Part shown: positions 1 to 13,680 of the stretch, piece by piece | Layout of the letters: every line of letters starts with the position of its first letter | Numbering within the stretch: the stretch's first letter is position 1 | DNA from: Eledone cirrhosa | Lineage: Eukaryota | Assembly: GCA_964016885.1 (NCBI GenBank) | Contig: OZ024741.1 | Coordinates: 323,764,001-323,828,000 of the forward strand | DNA length: 64,000 nt | Reading direction: 5' to 3' | Position numbers and translations under genes: made by a program | The notes under the pieces: generated by a model | What the model was told of the DNA's origin: nothing | Databases searched by the model: none | The model's input: only the letters and a program-made list of their open reading frames with translations

Positions 1-619
1 TACACATTTGAAAACAATTTCAGCTGCCATTGATAATTCTCAACATTTGGAATTCGCTCAAATATGATTTATTTGGTTAAAAGGTTCATAGATATTTGAC
101 AAAATATTTACCGATAATTTTCAAGTAACGAACAGTTTAAATTATAATTATACAGAGAGCTTATACTATAATGTAATAGTCATGTCTTGTTTTCAATCTA
201 TATGCAGTTTCCATTAGTTTTTAGACAATGTACAATAGTCAAATAAATTATACCCAGCATATATATATATATATTATATATATGTATGTATGTATATATT
301 TATAGTGAGAAAGAGACACACAGATAAACAGATAGATATATAGAATGATATATATATATATATATATGTGCGTGTGTATATAAAATATCTTAGATTGTTT
401 GAAAATATATATTTACAAGTCAAAAGATATTAACAAATAAGGCATAAAATGCGCGGGTTGATTCACGCCGTTGAATATCACTTGTCTTACATAGTAAGGT
501 CTCTTATTTATGTATGTGTGTTTGTATGTATATATGACTCTCTCTCTCTCTATCTATCTATCTGCCTCTGTCTCTCTCTCTCTCTCCCTTTCTGCGTCTA
601 TCTATCAAACAATCAATCA

Positions 620-695
<76 letters not shown>

Positions 696-851
696 GTATA
701 CCTGTCTGTCTGTCTGTCTGTCTATCTAACTATCTTTCTCCACTTCCCATTTGCGTCTTTTGTTTCAATCGTTATTCTACCTTTAGTTTTTCTTCTAGAC
801 ATCTAAGTATATTTTGCCTACAAACATACGAAGCACACATTTATCTCCATA

Positions 852-1332
<481 letters not shown>

Positions 1333-1609
1333 GGATGGATGGATATTTATCTGGCTCTAGGTTTATATATGTATATTTAAATCTTGTGCCAGTTTATGCG
1401 AGAACATTCCTTCTCTTTTTTTTGTATATGAAACTTCTGTTTTAATAGGATTTAAAAATGATATCTCTTAATATTTATGTTTTGCTTGTATGTGTTTGAA
1501 TTTGTTTTTCAATAATTTTCCGTTGTGCTTTTCTGTCCTGATTTTGGTAGCATTTGAGAAACCTAAACAGTTGCAAGACTGGGTGGCTGAATTTGACTAG
1601 AGAAACGGT

Positions 1610-1880
1610 TGTTGTAACTCCGTCGGTTCCAAAGGCGAATGTTTCAGTTGTTCGAATCACAGAACAGCCTGCTCGTTAAATTAACGTGAAAGAGGCTGAG
1701 CATTCCACAGATACGTGTACTCTCAACGCATTTCTTAGGGATATTCAGTGGCCATTTCAATTACAGATACAACTCATTTTCTTTTGGCCAGCTGAGTGGA
1801 ATGAGGCAGCGTGAAATAAAGTGTCTTTCCAAAAGACACAATGCGCCATCGAACACACTAACCCCTAAACCACACACGTT
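1610..1880 (-). mobile_element. Diverged tRNA-derived SINE (cephalopod type)
   Basis: Reverse complement shares gacactttatttcacg and tgtggaatgctcagcc segments with the copies at 13.4, 19.4 and 52.7 kb. Confidence 0.6.
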
Positions 1881-2627
1881 CACGACTGAAGAAACAACAC
1901 TGCTATACTTGAGTCAGTATACTTTCTGCTGCGGAGCCAAGCTTCTTGGATTTTATCTATATGAAGAAGAACAACCATGATGTTAAAAACTATACAAACT
2001 AAACAAATAACATCAATAACCTAAATATTTTTTTTTTGTAGTTGTTGTTTTGACAATAAGCCAGGACCTGTCTATAATGAAGGGGTTCTACCTGCGAGAT
2101 ATCCCATGTTTATTATTCAGATACAATTAATCTAGGATACAATACACACCAATGTCAGCTCTTTAAAAATAGTAGGCTGTAACATGAGGGAGATTTGGTT
2201 GCTATTTCTGTCATCTCGAGCCATACTGTAGAGACATCCTTATTAAGTTCGATTTTCTAAAAAAATAGTTTTGCGTCAGTTTTCTTTTCGCAGTGAGGAA
2301 CATAGACGTCGTGGTTAAGGAAAGCAGATCTAGTAGGGCTGTTTCCTCTTGGGGATAAATTTTCTCAGAAGAACGTCTGCTTTATCGATTCGACCGACTT
2401 GTTAATTTAAAAGAACATTATGTATTTAAGAAAAAAACTCCAAAACAATCGAACGAACGAACAAGACTGTATTGTCCGCCATCTTATACAGTGATCGATG
2501 TAGGTTTGGTTGGTGTCAAAACCATTGTTTCTACTAATCAATTTGACATGGCGTTCTTTGTTCTTTGAAAGACAGGAGAAGTAAATAATAACGAAAAATA
2601 TAATGGTGACAATACATTAAGTTTAGT

Positions 2628-2792
2628 TTAGCTGCTACTGCTTTTCATGTTGTACAGATTGCTCGTGCTGTTGTTGCTGTTACTGCTAGTGTTGTTGTTG
2701 ATTCTGATGTTGAAGATGGGGATGTAGCAGTTGCCAATATCAGAACGACTGTGGTGCCATTCTGAAGATTTAGGATTTCCATAATGGAGTAT
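2628..2792 (-). CDS. Candidate terminal coding exon of an unknown host gene (ILHYGNPKSSEWHHSRSDIGNCYIPIFNIRINNNTSSNSNNSTSNLYNMKSSSS*)
   Basis: On the minus strand a pyrimidine-rich acceptor (tctatgtttctttacag|ATA) precedes a non-repetitive open frame ending in TAA. No homology recognised. Confidence 0.3.
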   Translation of the reverse strand: MLHYGNPKSSEWHHSRSDIGNCYIPIFNIRINNNTSSNSNNSTSNLYNMKSSSS

Positions 2793-3558
2793 CTGTAAAG
2801 AAACATAGAATAGAATAGGAAATGTGAAATGTGAAAATACATATATTACACAGACACACACACATACTCAGACAAACACACAAACAGACCCCATACATAT
2901 ATATAATAAATCAGTAAAGACGAGTGACGCGGTTTGCTATAAAAAAAAGGTTTTTAAACTCATTGCTAACAATTGTTTCTTTGAACTGGTAGGTCTAGAG
3001 ATCGCTACCCGCTTGTTTTCACGTCATTCGATCACCAATACATAGTTGTAACCAGTCAATTCATCGGAGCTTGAGAGAATGAAAGGAATATACAGGCATA
3101 GCTACTATACATATATATAGTAGTAATGGCATTCAATCAGAACAATAACAACAATACTAACAATGCTAGCAATAAATTATTTGAAATAATCACATCAATC
3201 TAGGTGAGAAATATAGTATATCTACGATTTTAGCGTGTAAAACTAGCTAACATGAGGCAGATGTATAAAATTGACATGTAAAAGCTATCATGGGGTGTAT
3301 TATATATAGTGTAAAGATAAGCCGGTGGCTTTAAACAATGTAGGTCTGGTGGCCGTAAGAATCATTTATTATCTGACAGATGAAAAATGTATCACTGTAG
3401 TGTGGATAGTAATATTTGTGGTGTTAGGTTCAATATTTATGTGGTCTATGTTAGATGAAGGGGTTGTTTAGCTTTCACATCATCAATAACATACATGTAT
3501 AAGACAACATTAACAGAGTAGCAATATAATAGCCAAGTTAATACAGAGGTTAAGGAGG

Positions 3559-3640
<82 letters not shown>

Positions 3641-3925
3641 AGAAAACATGCTGACTACAATTATAACAGGAGGAAGATAATATTCTGCTGTAGTAGTATT
3701 TTGAAATGTTCTTGGATTTAGGTTCATTTGTTGAGAGTCAAGAGTGAGGAAGTTGTGTTGACAGCAGCTGAGAAGGGATATATTTAGGGATTGATAAGGT
3801 ACTTACAGACATTACTGTGGTATATAATTAAGAAGGCTAGAATGTACTTAATGATTATATTTCTGTGGCGGTTCGTGCAGTATAGTGGGTATCCTAAGTT
3901 GAAAGCTAAGTTACGTCGGTTCGAT

Positions 3926-6265
3926 TCACGGAGGCTTAAATCTTGTGAATTTAGTGGCGATCCTGTGTCTGCAGAAGATTGATCTTTCTAACTTGTTGTT
4001 GAGTAGCCTTTTTACATTCCTAAGGATATATAGTAATTCTAGATCACAGAGCCTACAGTGGGACATACCGGTACTGTAGGCCTTTGCGGCCGACAACCTC
4101 GACCAGTTGATATTGTAGTTGGTGTTGTTGTCCTTAAGTTCCCAGATCTTTTTGGTGAGGGTTGTAGAACCCATAAGTGCACGGTTTTTCATCGAATGTC
4201 TGTGCACATACCATCTTTTCTTAAAAGTACCCGTAATGCCAAGTGGAGTTGTCTGAGTTGACCGTATACATGTACACTAGGCTCGAATCAAGGCATCTAT
4301 TCGCCAATTGGCACCTATCCGGTAGGTGACAGTTACAGTTTGGAGTGTTATTTCGTGCAGCTTCCACACTGCTGTTTTGTACACTGCTATAAGTGGGTTG
4401 TGATTTATGCACGTTGGGATTTTGCTGCTGCTTGCTTGTATGCGCTTGCGGTTGTGATACTGTGATGTGTTTATGTTTATAATTTGGTGCTATGTTGCGC
4501 ATACGTGGGGCGGATTCCCTAGAGGTATTTCTCTGGTTGATCTTGCGTATGTGCGATTCTATATTTGCTGCCGTAGAGTATGAGAGTTTTATAGTTATTC
4601 TATTGAGTATTTTATGATATCTGTGTGAAATAGGGAAGTGTTTATCTATTAGTTTAAAGAATGTAGAAGGCAGTCTAGTTTTTACAGAGGAGTTGAAGAT
4701 TGGATTGAACCACAGGTATTTTCTTTCTCTGATTCTTCTATTGTTTCTAGGATTTACATTATTGGTGTTTGGACCACTTACTCTAGGTGCTACGCGCCTA
4801 ACTCTATGTCTAATCCGGTTACCTCGGTTGGTGTAATTGCTAGTAAGTTTGTTTAAGTTGTCTTTATTTGTTATAAACTGCAGCTTATCTTTATGTCCGG
4901 CTCTATGTAATGCTGTGGTATAATAGTTAGCATGTTCATTAAACATTTCCAGGTTTGAGGATAAGCGGGATATTCTAAGGGATATACTACCTGCTATGCA
5001 TCTGATTATGGATTTGGGGTGGTTTGAGTTATAACTAATGTAGGCCAGATTCTCATTATTTTGTGGAAGGTTTCTATTATTCCCGTATTTAGATTTAGAG
5101 TCACATCTAGAAAGTTTACCTTTTTATGGTTCAGTTCGTAGGCCTAGTTTTTTGAAGAATGTTCTAATGTTTTTTCTTAATCTTTCCATGCTTTGGTTGT
5201 TTAAGTTCCTAGCTATAGGGAGCGTGTCGTCTCTATAAATCCCTCCTTGGAGGTTACTGAATTCCTTATGTAGGTTGTGTGCTATAAATAGCCCCACGAC
5301 GTCAGTGATTTGCGCAGAGTCATTTGATCCCATTGTGATATCGAAGCTGTTTATCCTATCTTTTCTTACCCAGTAGCTATTTTCAAATTTTATGATAGTC
5401 CTTCTAGCCGCTATTATTATTTCAATTTCATTAGGAGTAAGATCGGAGTTATTTTGGGCAAATATAAGCGCTTTATCTAGGGTGGCTGGGGATATGGATG
5501 CATAGTAATCGTTTATATCGAATTGTATGAAGTTACATGTCTCCCTATTTCGTATTTTATTGAACCATTCAATCGCCTCGTTAGTGTTACTCCATAAATT
5601 GATTTCTAGTTTACCCTTTATTTGTGTGATTACCCTATCTAGAATGTTCTTGCTAATTTTACCTATATCTGACTTAGATGGGCATATTAATCTGATAGTA
5701 GGGTTTGTTTCAAAATCATTTTTGTGATACTTCAGGTTAAATGTGGGGTTGCATGGGGTTAGAGGCTCGGTCCTATCAGGTATTCCGAGTTTATTTACTA
5801 TCCTAAGGCGCTCCACGTTAATGCTGGTGAGTGTGGATTCGTTTGTTTTTTTTTGTATTTTTTGTGTAGTTCACGCTGAATAAAATTATTGTTTGTGTTA
5901 AGGTCCATAGAGTATACGTTTGAAGTTTTGTCTGCCTTTACTATACCGTTAGTGTCTTTTAGTTTTTTTAGTAGTGTATTGATATCATTTTGTAATTTGT
6001 TGTGGTGTGTTCTTTTTTTGAATTTAGTTCAACTTATCATATTCATAAGGTCCAGCTCGAAGGCATCGAGTGTGGGGTTGTTTGGAGGGTTTTTGCAGGA
6101 TTTGAATCCGTAATTCTCCTTAGAAAATTCTCTTGCGTTAATAGCTGGTCCTTTGTCGAAGTGGTAAGCCTTCCATCGGACCCTACGGATGAAATCATTA
6201 GTCCGTTGTATCATGCCCAGTGTATAGTCCTTATTTGTAGGTATAGGTATGTTTTTCAGTGACAT
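3926..6265 (-). pseudogene. RT + GIY-YIG endonuclease polyprotein of the Naiad-like element (frameshifts, in-frame TGA at 6029-6031)
   Basis: ORF segments 6029..6265, 5124..5816, 4221..4946 and 3926..4207 are collinear parts of one PLE protein. Confidence 0.85.
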
Positions 6266-6430
6266 TCCTATACGGTGCTTTTTCGTAGAAATACTATATT
6301 TCTGACCTAGATTGATGTTGTGATTATTTCAAATAATTTATTGCTAGCATTGTTATTATTGTTGTTATTGTTCTGATTGATTGCCATTACTACTATATAT
6401 AGTAGCCATGCCTGTATATTCCTTTCATTC

Positions 6431-6549
6431 TCTCAAGCTCCGATGAATTGACTGGTTACAACTATGTATTGGTGATCGAATGACGTGAAAATAAGCGGAT
6501 AGCGATCTCTAGACCTGCCAGCTCAGAGAAACAATTGTCAGCAATGAGA
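6431..6549 (+). ncRNA. Type I hammerhead-like motif in the pLTR (CCGAUGA variant core, long domain II); sister copies at 2958-3076(-) and 34403-34521(-)
   Basis: TCTCA-A-GCT-CCGATGA...GAAAC-AATT-GTC-AGC-AA-TGAGA: stem I GCT/AGC plus TCTCA/TGAGA, short stem III with palindromic CAATTG, GUC site. Confidence 0.6.
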
Positions 6550-6768
6550 TTAAAAACCTTTTTTGTATAGCAAACCGTGTCACTCTTCTTTCCTGATTTA
6601 TCATAACTCCAAGTGTTTACAACATAGAAATTACCGCGTACTCGCAGCATCACTATGGCAACGCCTTGTTGAATCAAACTTAGCCAAGCGTTGATATCAT
6701 CCACTACTCGGAGTACCATAACTGGACTACACTTAAGTGGACTACCTATAACGATAATCTGTTACCCC

Positions 6769-6833
<65 letters not shown>

Positions 6834-6869
6834 CATATATAGATACATACATAAATATATAGTTTTTTT

Positions 6870-6940
<71 letters not shown>

Positions 6941-6990
6941 TATATACATACATACATATATAGATACATACATATATATATATAGTTTTT

Positions 6991-7044
<54 letters not shown>

Positions 7045-7517
7045 GTGTGTCTGTGTGCGTTCAGTAGAAGTTGTTTTGGTAAAAACAGGAGTAAGCAGGA
7101 GAAAGCTCTCCAAATTCGTAGTACGTAGTTACAATGGAGATTCGGGCTCACGAGGACATGATTTTTGACTGCAGCATATCACAAAATCGGATTTTCATCC
7201 GAAGATAGAGTTATCATAAGAACAACAAATGCATAAATTACATCTGGGATTTCATAAGAGAACCGATGAAATAATTATTATGAATAAACGATTTATGTAA
7301 TATCAGCATCTTTCTTAATGTTATTCTTATATATATATAGAGAGAGATAGTAGATATGTAAAATTCCGTCCTTGGCGCCAAGTAGTTTCGGGTTTTACAT
7401 ATCTCTATATCCACTGTACATCTTCCCATGTATATTGAGTACTCACGTGATTAGTGGTCCTCTCGCTCTTAGCACCACAGACACACACAATCTCTCTATC
7501 TCCCCCCCTCTCTCTCT

Positions 7518-7560
<43 letters not shown>

Positions 7561-7562
<2 letters not shown>

Positions 7563-7662
7563 CGAAGGAAATGTGGTAAGGAACCAGGTGGACCTTAACG
7601 CACCAAAGTACTCAATACTTAGGGTAGCAGAGTGGGTAATAGCCGTCGGGGTCCTACTCGTT

Positions 7663-7665
<3 letters not shown>
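7561..7665 (-). mobile_element. Family A (TA)n-embedded mini-element, short copy
   Basis: Tail aacgaagg...agtactcaatacttagggtag is shared with 8242, 26994, 45378, 48571, 51303 and 59714; flanked by (TA)n. Confidence 0.8.
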
Positions 7666-7752
<87 letters not shown>

Positions 7753-7789
7753 TTGCAAGGTTTTTGATATGAAATCGTGTGTCGAAACA

Positions 7790-8225
7790 AATATTGTTAT
7801 ACTTGGGGAGGGTCATATTGTTGTAATAATATTGCCAGAAATAATAACGGAACATACTCACTGTTTGGTTGGTTTTCGCTTCTGTATCATTTATATCTCC
7901 ATAGTTAATTCATTTGTCCATCAACGTTTATCACTGACTGACCAACTGTCAAAAATACAGATATAAATATGTTTCCTCATAATAGTACCACTGATGATGT
8001 TGCAGATGTGCAACGAAAGAATTTGTTAGACTATATATATGCATTTATATCTGTATTTTTGACCGCTGGTCAGTCAGTGGTAAACGTTGATGGCCAAAAA
8101 TGAATTAACTATGGAGGTATAAAAGATACAGAAGCGAAAAACAAAAACCAAACAGTGAGTATGTTCCGTTATTATTTCTGGCAATATTATTACAACAATA
8201 TGACCATCTCCAAGTATAACAATAT
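7790..8225. mobile_element. Family C fold-back element (arms of about 180 bp) with a hammerhead-like core in the spacer
   Basis: 7790-7968 is an imperfect reverse complement of 8043-8225. The spacer holds CTGATGA-tGTTGCA-gatg-TGCAAC-GAAA (7991-8018). The arm recurs at 29250-29360. Confidence 0.75.
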
Positions 8226-8241
8226 ATATATATATATATAT

Positions 8242-8435
8242 AACGAAGGAGGTGTGGTAAGGAACCAGATGGACCATAACGCACCAGAGTACTCAATACT
8301 TAGGGTAGTAGAGTGGGTAATAGGAAAATGTTTAACCCCGACGGCAGAGCTCAAGCCGTTTCGACGGCTATTTCTGAGTTCAGAAATAGCCGTCGAAACG
8401 GCTTGAGCTCTGCGGTCGGGGTTAAACATTTTCCT
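8242..8435 (-). mobile_element. Family A fold-back mini-element
   Basis: Hairpin 8320-8435 centred on ttctgagttcagaa, plus the tail at 8242-8319; (TA)n on both sides. Confidence 0.85.
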
Positions 8436-8654
8436 ATATATATATATATGAAAGACGTAAAATAAGAAAATTATAAAAATTAACTTACTTACTAAAGTTT
8501 CACTCCAACTAATTAGTTTCTGAAAGGAATAAACATGGTTTCCGAAGGAAAACATGGAGAAAGCCTTTCGTCATCAGGGGAGTCTATTCTCAGCTAAGTT
8601 CCCAGGCAATGCGTGGACACAGGGAACTTATATATATATATATGTAGATAATTT

Positions 8655-8686
<32 letters not shown>

Positions 8687-8918
8687 CATATACATACACA
8701 CACACACACACACACGCAAACACACACACACATACACACACGCGCACGCACACATACACACACACACACACACACGCGTATATATAAATAAATATATATT
8801 AACAATGTTAAGATGTCATATTTGAGAAGACCAGAAACATGCGCCATACCACCTGTAGAAGACGCCCAAAGATTTTTAAGGAATAAATCCGATCATTTAT
8901 TAAAAATTAAATTAAAGG

Positions 8919-9030
<112 letters not shown>

Positions 9031-9089
9031 CTGTCAGTGTTTGATATGATTATTTTATATATATGTCAATCGACCTTTAATTTATTTTT

Positions 9090-9862
9090 ATATCCTGATT
9101 CTCTTTTGAGATGAGTTTGAATTATTTTTCCTACATCTTACGTTAACTATCTTTCCCATCTTGACGACATAGTCGCATATATGTTATGGAATACTGTTAG
9201 CTTATCGCTAAAACAATTTCTATACCTTTCATTTATATTTATACTCGGATTTTTTTTCCTAGAGTGCTTAAATTATCTGTGACTAATCCCGGTTTTTTTA
9301 ATAAAAACTGCGATAATATTGCTGTTTGCTGAACTCCTTTTGTAGAGTTTTTTTCGGAATGTATTTGACTGTTATTTCTTGTAAACAAACATTCATTTCA
9401 TCCTGACGTCACTAGCCCTGTTTTTCCTCATGTGCGTTTTTCATAATCACGCATGATGGTGAACTAGCCAGTTTTAGAATTCCCTTTTTGGCTTATAATT
9501 CTGTGAGAGTCCTGGTTATCGAGTTGAGCTCTGCTGATGATGAATTCCAACCGTGACCATCTCCACTGAAAGTTTTCATGAAATAGTCTTCAAGACTATA
9601 CAGAGCATTTGATGTTTTTCCAAATTGAAGGATAAGTATTTTAGACTTTATTTTATCATGAGTTAAGGCTCTATTGATTTTTCCCTGGATTTCACAAAAT
9701 TCTGTGGATGAATTTATATCCTGATTCTCTTTTGAGATGAGTTTGAATTATTTTTCCTACATCTTACGTTAACTATTTTTCCCATCTTGACGACATAGTC
9801 GCATATATGTTATGGAATACTGTTAGCTTATCGCTAAAACAATGTCTATACCTTTCATTTAT
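9090..9862 (+). repeat. Direct duplication of about 150 bp (9090-9237 and 9717-9862); related end at 41371-41425(-)
   Basis: tatcctgattctcttttgagatg...ctatacctttcatttata occurs twice and ends at TA-rich sequence. Confidence 0.85.
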
Positions 9863-9965
9863 ATATATATATGTATATATATATAAATCTCTGTACAATT
9901 CATAGAACACTCTTTTTTCCTTTACCTTTTCTACGGAAATATTTAACACACACACACACACAAAG

Positions 9966-10064
<99 letters not shown>

Positions 10065-11249
10065 TTCTGCGATCTGTCACAACACGTAAAGGGAGAGGTG
10101 CAGTTGGACTACATCATACTACTCCGCTCTCTTTACATCTGTTGCCTGCGTAAATGTATATGTGTCTAAAAGGAAGGAAGGGGATGGTGAAAAAACTATA
10201 GCCAAACAGCGACGGGCGTTCCATTTATTAAGCCGTGTGTGAGTGTATGTGTGTTTCTGTAAATGGATGTGTGTGTTTGTGTGAATATATTTGTTTGTGT
10301 GAAATGTAAGTGTATTTGTGTGAATGTATATCTGTGAGTGTATTTTTGTAAGCGTGTTTTTGCGCGTTTATATTTATATACTCATACATATAAATGTCTG
10401 CATATATACATTCACATACATATACACATACGCGTCTGCGTGTTGAAAAAATCCTAGTATATATAGATCCTTATTGTATGGGTTTGTGTAATAAGCACAC
10501 TATACAGGCACTGATTTAAGGACTCATCGATAGTGCATACAGTTAATATAATAATTGTTATTAACAGCGACTGCTTACTTTAAAGTTTTGCCGCCATTAT
10601 TGGTTTATCAAAACAGCCTGAAGCTGGTATGAACACAGCCGGTAACCTTAGATAACATTATGTAGTTTCTTTATTAAGTAACCATGGAGCTCTTCTGCTC
10701 AACGCATAACATAAAAATCAACAAATATCGAGAGAAAAATTGTAGCTTTTTTCTTTCTTTAGCTAGTTATTTAGCGCGGAGCACAACTCTGTTTAACAAA
10801 TTATGTAATGGACAGGCTACAATTTATACGAAAAACAGAACGCAGTTGTATGTAAACTGAAATGCAATGGAAAATCATTCATATGCATATAACAATATTT
10901 ATTTCAGACCTTGGACTCAATAACAATAGTTTGTATTGATGGCTTTAACAATAGTTATTGTTGGAGTCTATAATTAAAGTTAGTATTGGTGGCTGGAGTA
11001 GTTAGTAGTGTAAACTACATTGAAATATTGACCACATATGCGGAAAGAAACAAGTTTTCTTCCTGCTTTCATGACTAAAATGTTGGTTAATATTAATGCA
11101 AATATAAAACTAGTTAGTATGAGTGGTTACAGTAGTAAGTTCAGGGTCAATAAAAAAAAATGGACCAGCGCGCGTTTTGTGTCACTGTATATTCATTTTT
11201 TTAAACGATGAAATTTAAATTTTTAGGGTATAGCAAATACAATGTCTGA

Positions 11250-12509
11250 GAAGACAAGGTCCTTATGAGAACTCCAGCATCAGCTTTTATGAATGAAACA
11301 ACACTATAGGTGTGTCTCGTGAAAGCAGATCCAGGACAATTCCTGCATTTTTTTTAACGGACAAATCTCCCTTCAAAGCCAATATTCAAATTGGGTGGAG
11401 AGGGTTGAGTCCTATGAAACAGTAGGGAACCTTAATGCAATTCCTGAGGATCGTCCTACCCAATCCGCACAACCCAATAATCGTACACAGGAAGTTATTG
11501 ACATGGTTAGAGAAACTGTTGAACAGATCTCAAAACTATTGCTGCGCAGAAGTCAATCCTTGAGTCTCTCCACAGAAACTTGCATAAGGGTTGTCAAAGA
11601 GGATCTTAAGAAATACTCTAACAGAATATAGACTAAAGAAACATTTACTGTAGCTGATAAGACCAAGAGAAAGGCTTTGGCTGAGAAAATGTTGAAGAAG
11701 ATGGAAAACAAATAACATTTTCTGAATCTGTTGGGACAGAAGCACACTATCACTTAGAGGGAGAGAACAACTCTGACAATAATGAGTTTTGGGGGTCAGA
11801 GAATCCACTGAAGTGGCTGTGAAGACTCTCCACTCGGCTAAATGTACCTTCTGGGCTGCAATTTCTGAGAGAGTATTGATTGGCCTATTCTTGTTCGAAG
11901 AAAATGGTATCACAGCTATAGTCAGAAAGGGACGCTATATGGAAGTCCAGAATAACGTCATAAAGGATCTTCAGACCATGTAACCATTTCTAATGAATAA
12001 GATCTGGTCCCAGCAAGCCGGAGCAAGCCCTCATAACCCCAATGCGTTTCTAGAATGACTGAAAAATAACTTTGGAAATCGTGTGATCATTTTGAAGACG
12101 ATTTTGAGTTTTCCCCACACGCCCTGATTTAATCCTCCCTCCAGATTTCTTTCTTTGGGGGTATCTGAAGGAAAGGGTATATGTCAGCAAACCAAGGGCC
12201 ATCTCTGAATTAAAGGGAGGAGATCAGAGCCATCCATATGTCTGTTTGTAAAGACGTTATACTAAACTTCACAATGCGCTCTAAAAATGCATAGATTCAA
12301 ATGGGGATCACTTGTAACATGTACTGTAACTCTGGTCAAAAACATCAGAAGATAGTAAGCTTTGATATGTTGTTGTTAATCGTTAGAACTAAATATGTTC
12401 GGAGTTTCATCAGCATGGCCTCAACTGGATGACTGGAACAGGTAAAAGAGTAAAAGAGTAATGTAGACAAAAATAAAAATGGGGCTAGGTTTTCTTGAGT
12501 CAGCTTGTA
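11250..12509 (+). mobile_element. Decayed Tc1/mariner-superfamily transposase and right TIR remnant
   Basis: Remnant motifs FWAAIS..IG.F.FEE, W.QQ.GA.PH, PD.NP..DFFLWGYLK..VY; ends ...ttcttgagtcagcttgta, a TA-terminated TIR-like sequence. Confidence 0.75.
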
Positions 12510-13349
12510 ATACAAAATACATGGAAATAATGACCATTTTTATTGTATTTTTGTCTTGGTTGATATTTTCGTGAATGTTAACTCAAATATTTCTTCAGAT
12601 TATGTAACGGAATGGGAGGGAATCGTTTATAGCACACCCTATATATCTCTAATCGTAAATATCGGTTTTCTTTAACTAGGTAAAATACCCGTGTGGGTTA
12701 TTGAAATCCTTGCTCTCTCAACTCAGGAGTGTGTGTGAAGTAGAAACGGCGTGTCATGTTTCTGTTCAATCGATGCCTGACGTTCTTTTCATTATCGTTT
12801 CATGTCGATCACGCTTGTATTAATTGTATGCTGTAGGTATTGACTGCAAACTATACAACTGTTCTCCATAAAAGTTAGTTATAAAAGACACATAGACAAT
12901 GACACACACAGACAACACAGAGACACACACACAGTAAGACACAGAGAGACACACATAGTAAGATACACAGACACACACACATACACACACAAACGCGCCA
13001 CATCTACACTTTTTTATTTCTCATTCTATCATTTTGTGATGAACTAGTATCCGAAACGTTAAGACTCTTTTCCTACCATATCAAGCCTTAAATTAATATA
13101 TTTCTTTATTGTGCTGTATTGTTTGCTTTGTTTTGTATTTCGTTTACTTTTCACACATACACATACATCCTGTGGTATACCATCGTAAAGTGACAATGTT
13201 TGATCTATGCGATAGAATGATATACCTACTCCTTGAGGTTTATCTATGCATTGAGTGTAAATTATTTAACTGTCATATGTATAAGTTCGAAATATATAGC
13301 ATGTAACGAAACTACACATTTATTTTGATCGATCGTGAAGGCTGAAACT

Positions 13350-13680
13350 TACTCGTTAGGATGTTGGACATGCAATAATAAGGCAGGGAGTTTTAATTCC
13401 TGGTGGGGTTTTTGTTCTTGAGCAAGGCAATTTATTTCATCTTGTTTAAAGCCACACAGCTGGGAGAAAAAGGAGCTGTACCTGTAATTAAAAGGGCTAG
13501 CCTCGTTATACACTGCATCATGCTGAATCTGCCTAAAAATTACGTTATGGATATATGTTACTTGCGTCTGTTACCGTTCAACCACAATAGCACGTTAGGT
13601 TCACGTGCAGCCTCCTGTATGCTGGTTTAACAGCTGGAATATTCATCGTCGTCACCGACGGAGTTCCAACAGCAACTTTT
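13350..13680 (+). mobile_element. Diverged tRNA-derived SINE
   Basis: ttcttgagcaaggcaatttatttca...catgctgaatct...accgacggagt, homologous to 19380-19660. Confidence 0.6.

Larger units (their letters stand above)
2904..6770 (-). mobile_element. Penelope-like retroelement, Naiad-like, near full length but disrupted, with inverted pLTRs
   Basis: Minus-strand ORF pieces 6265-3926 give SLKNIPIP..FIRRVRWKA, KADKT, RT motifs (QFDINDYY, ITMGS.DSA, IYRDD), WFNP..KHFP..KLSYS, CNC and a GIY-YIG-type C terminus (C.LC..E..LLN..CRH). 2904-3226 is the reverse complement of about 6283-6600. Both ends abut TA-rich repeats. Confidence 0.88.

Noticed and set aside
6029-6031. In-frame TGA in the Naiad-like ORF as selenocysteine (reported for some Naiads)
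   Set aside because: The frame does continue to KADKT, but the site is not an evident Cys position, CGA to TGA decay explains it, the copy has other lesions, and I could not build a convincing SECIS.
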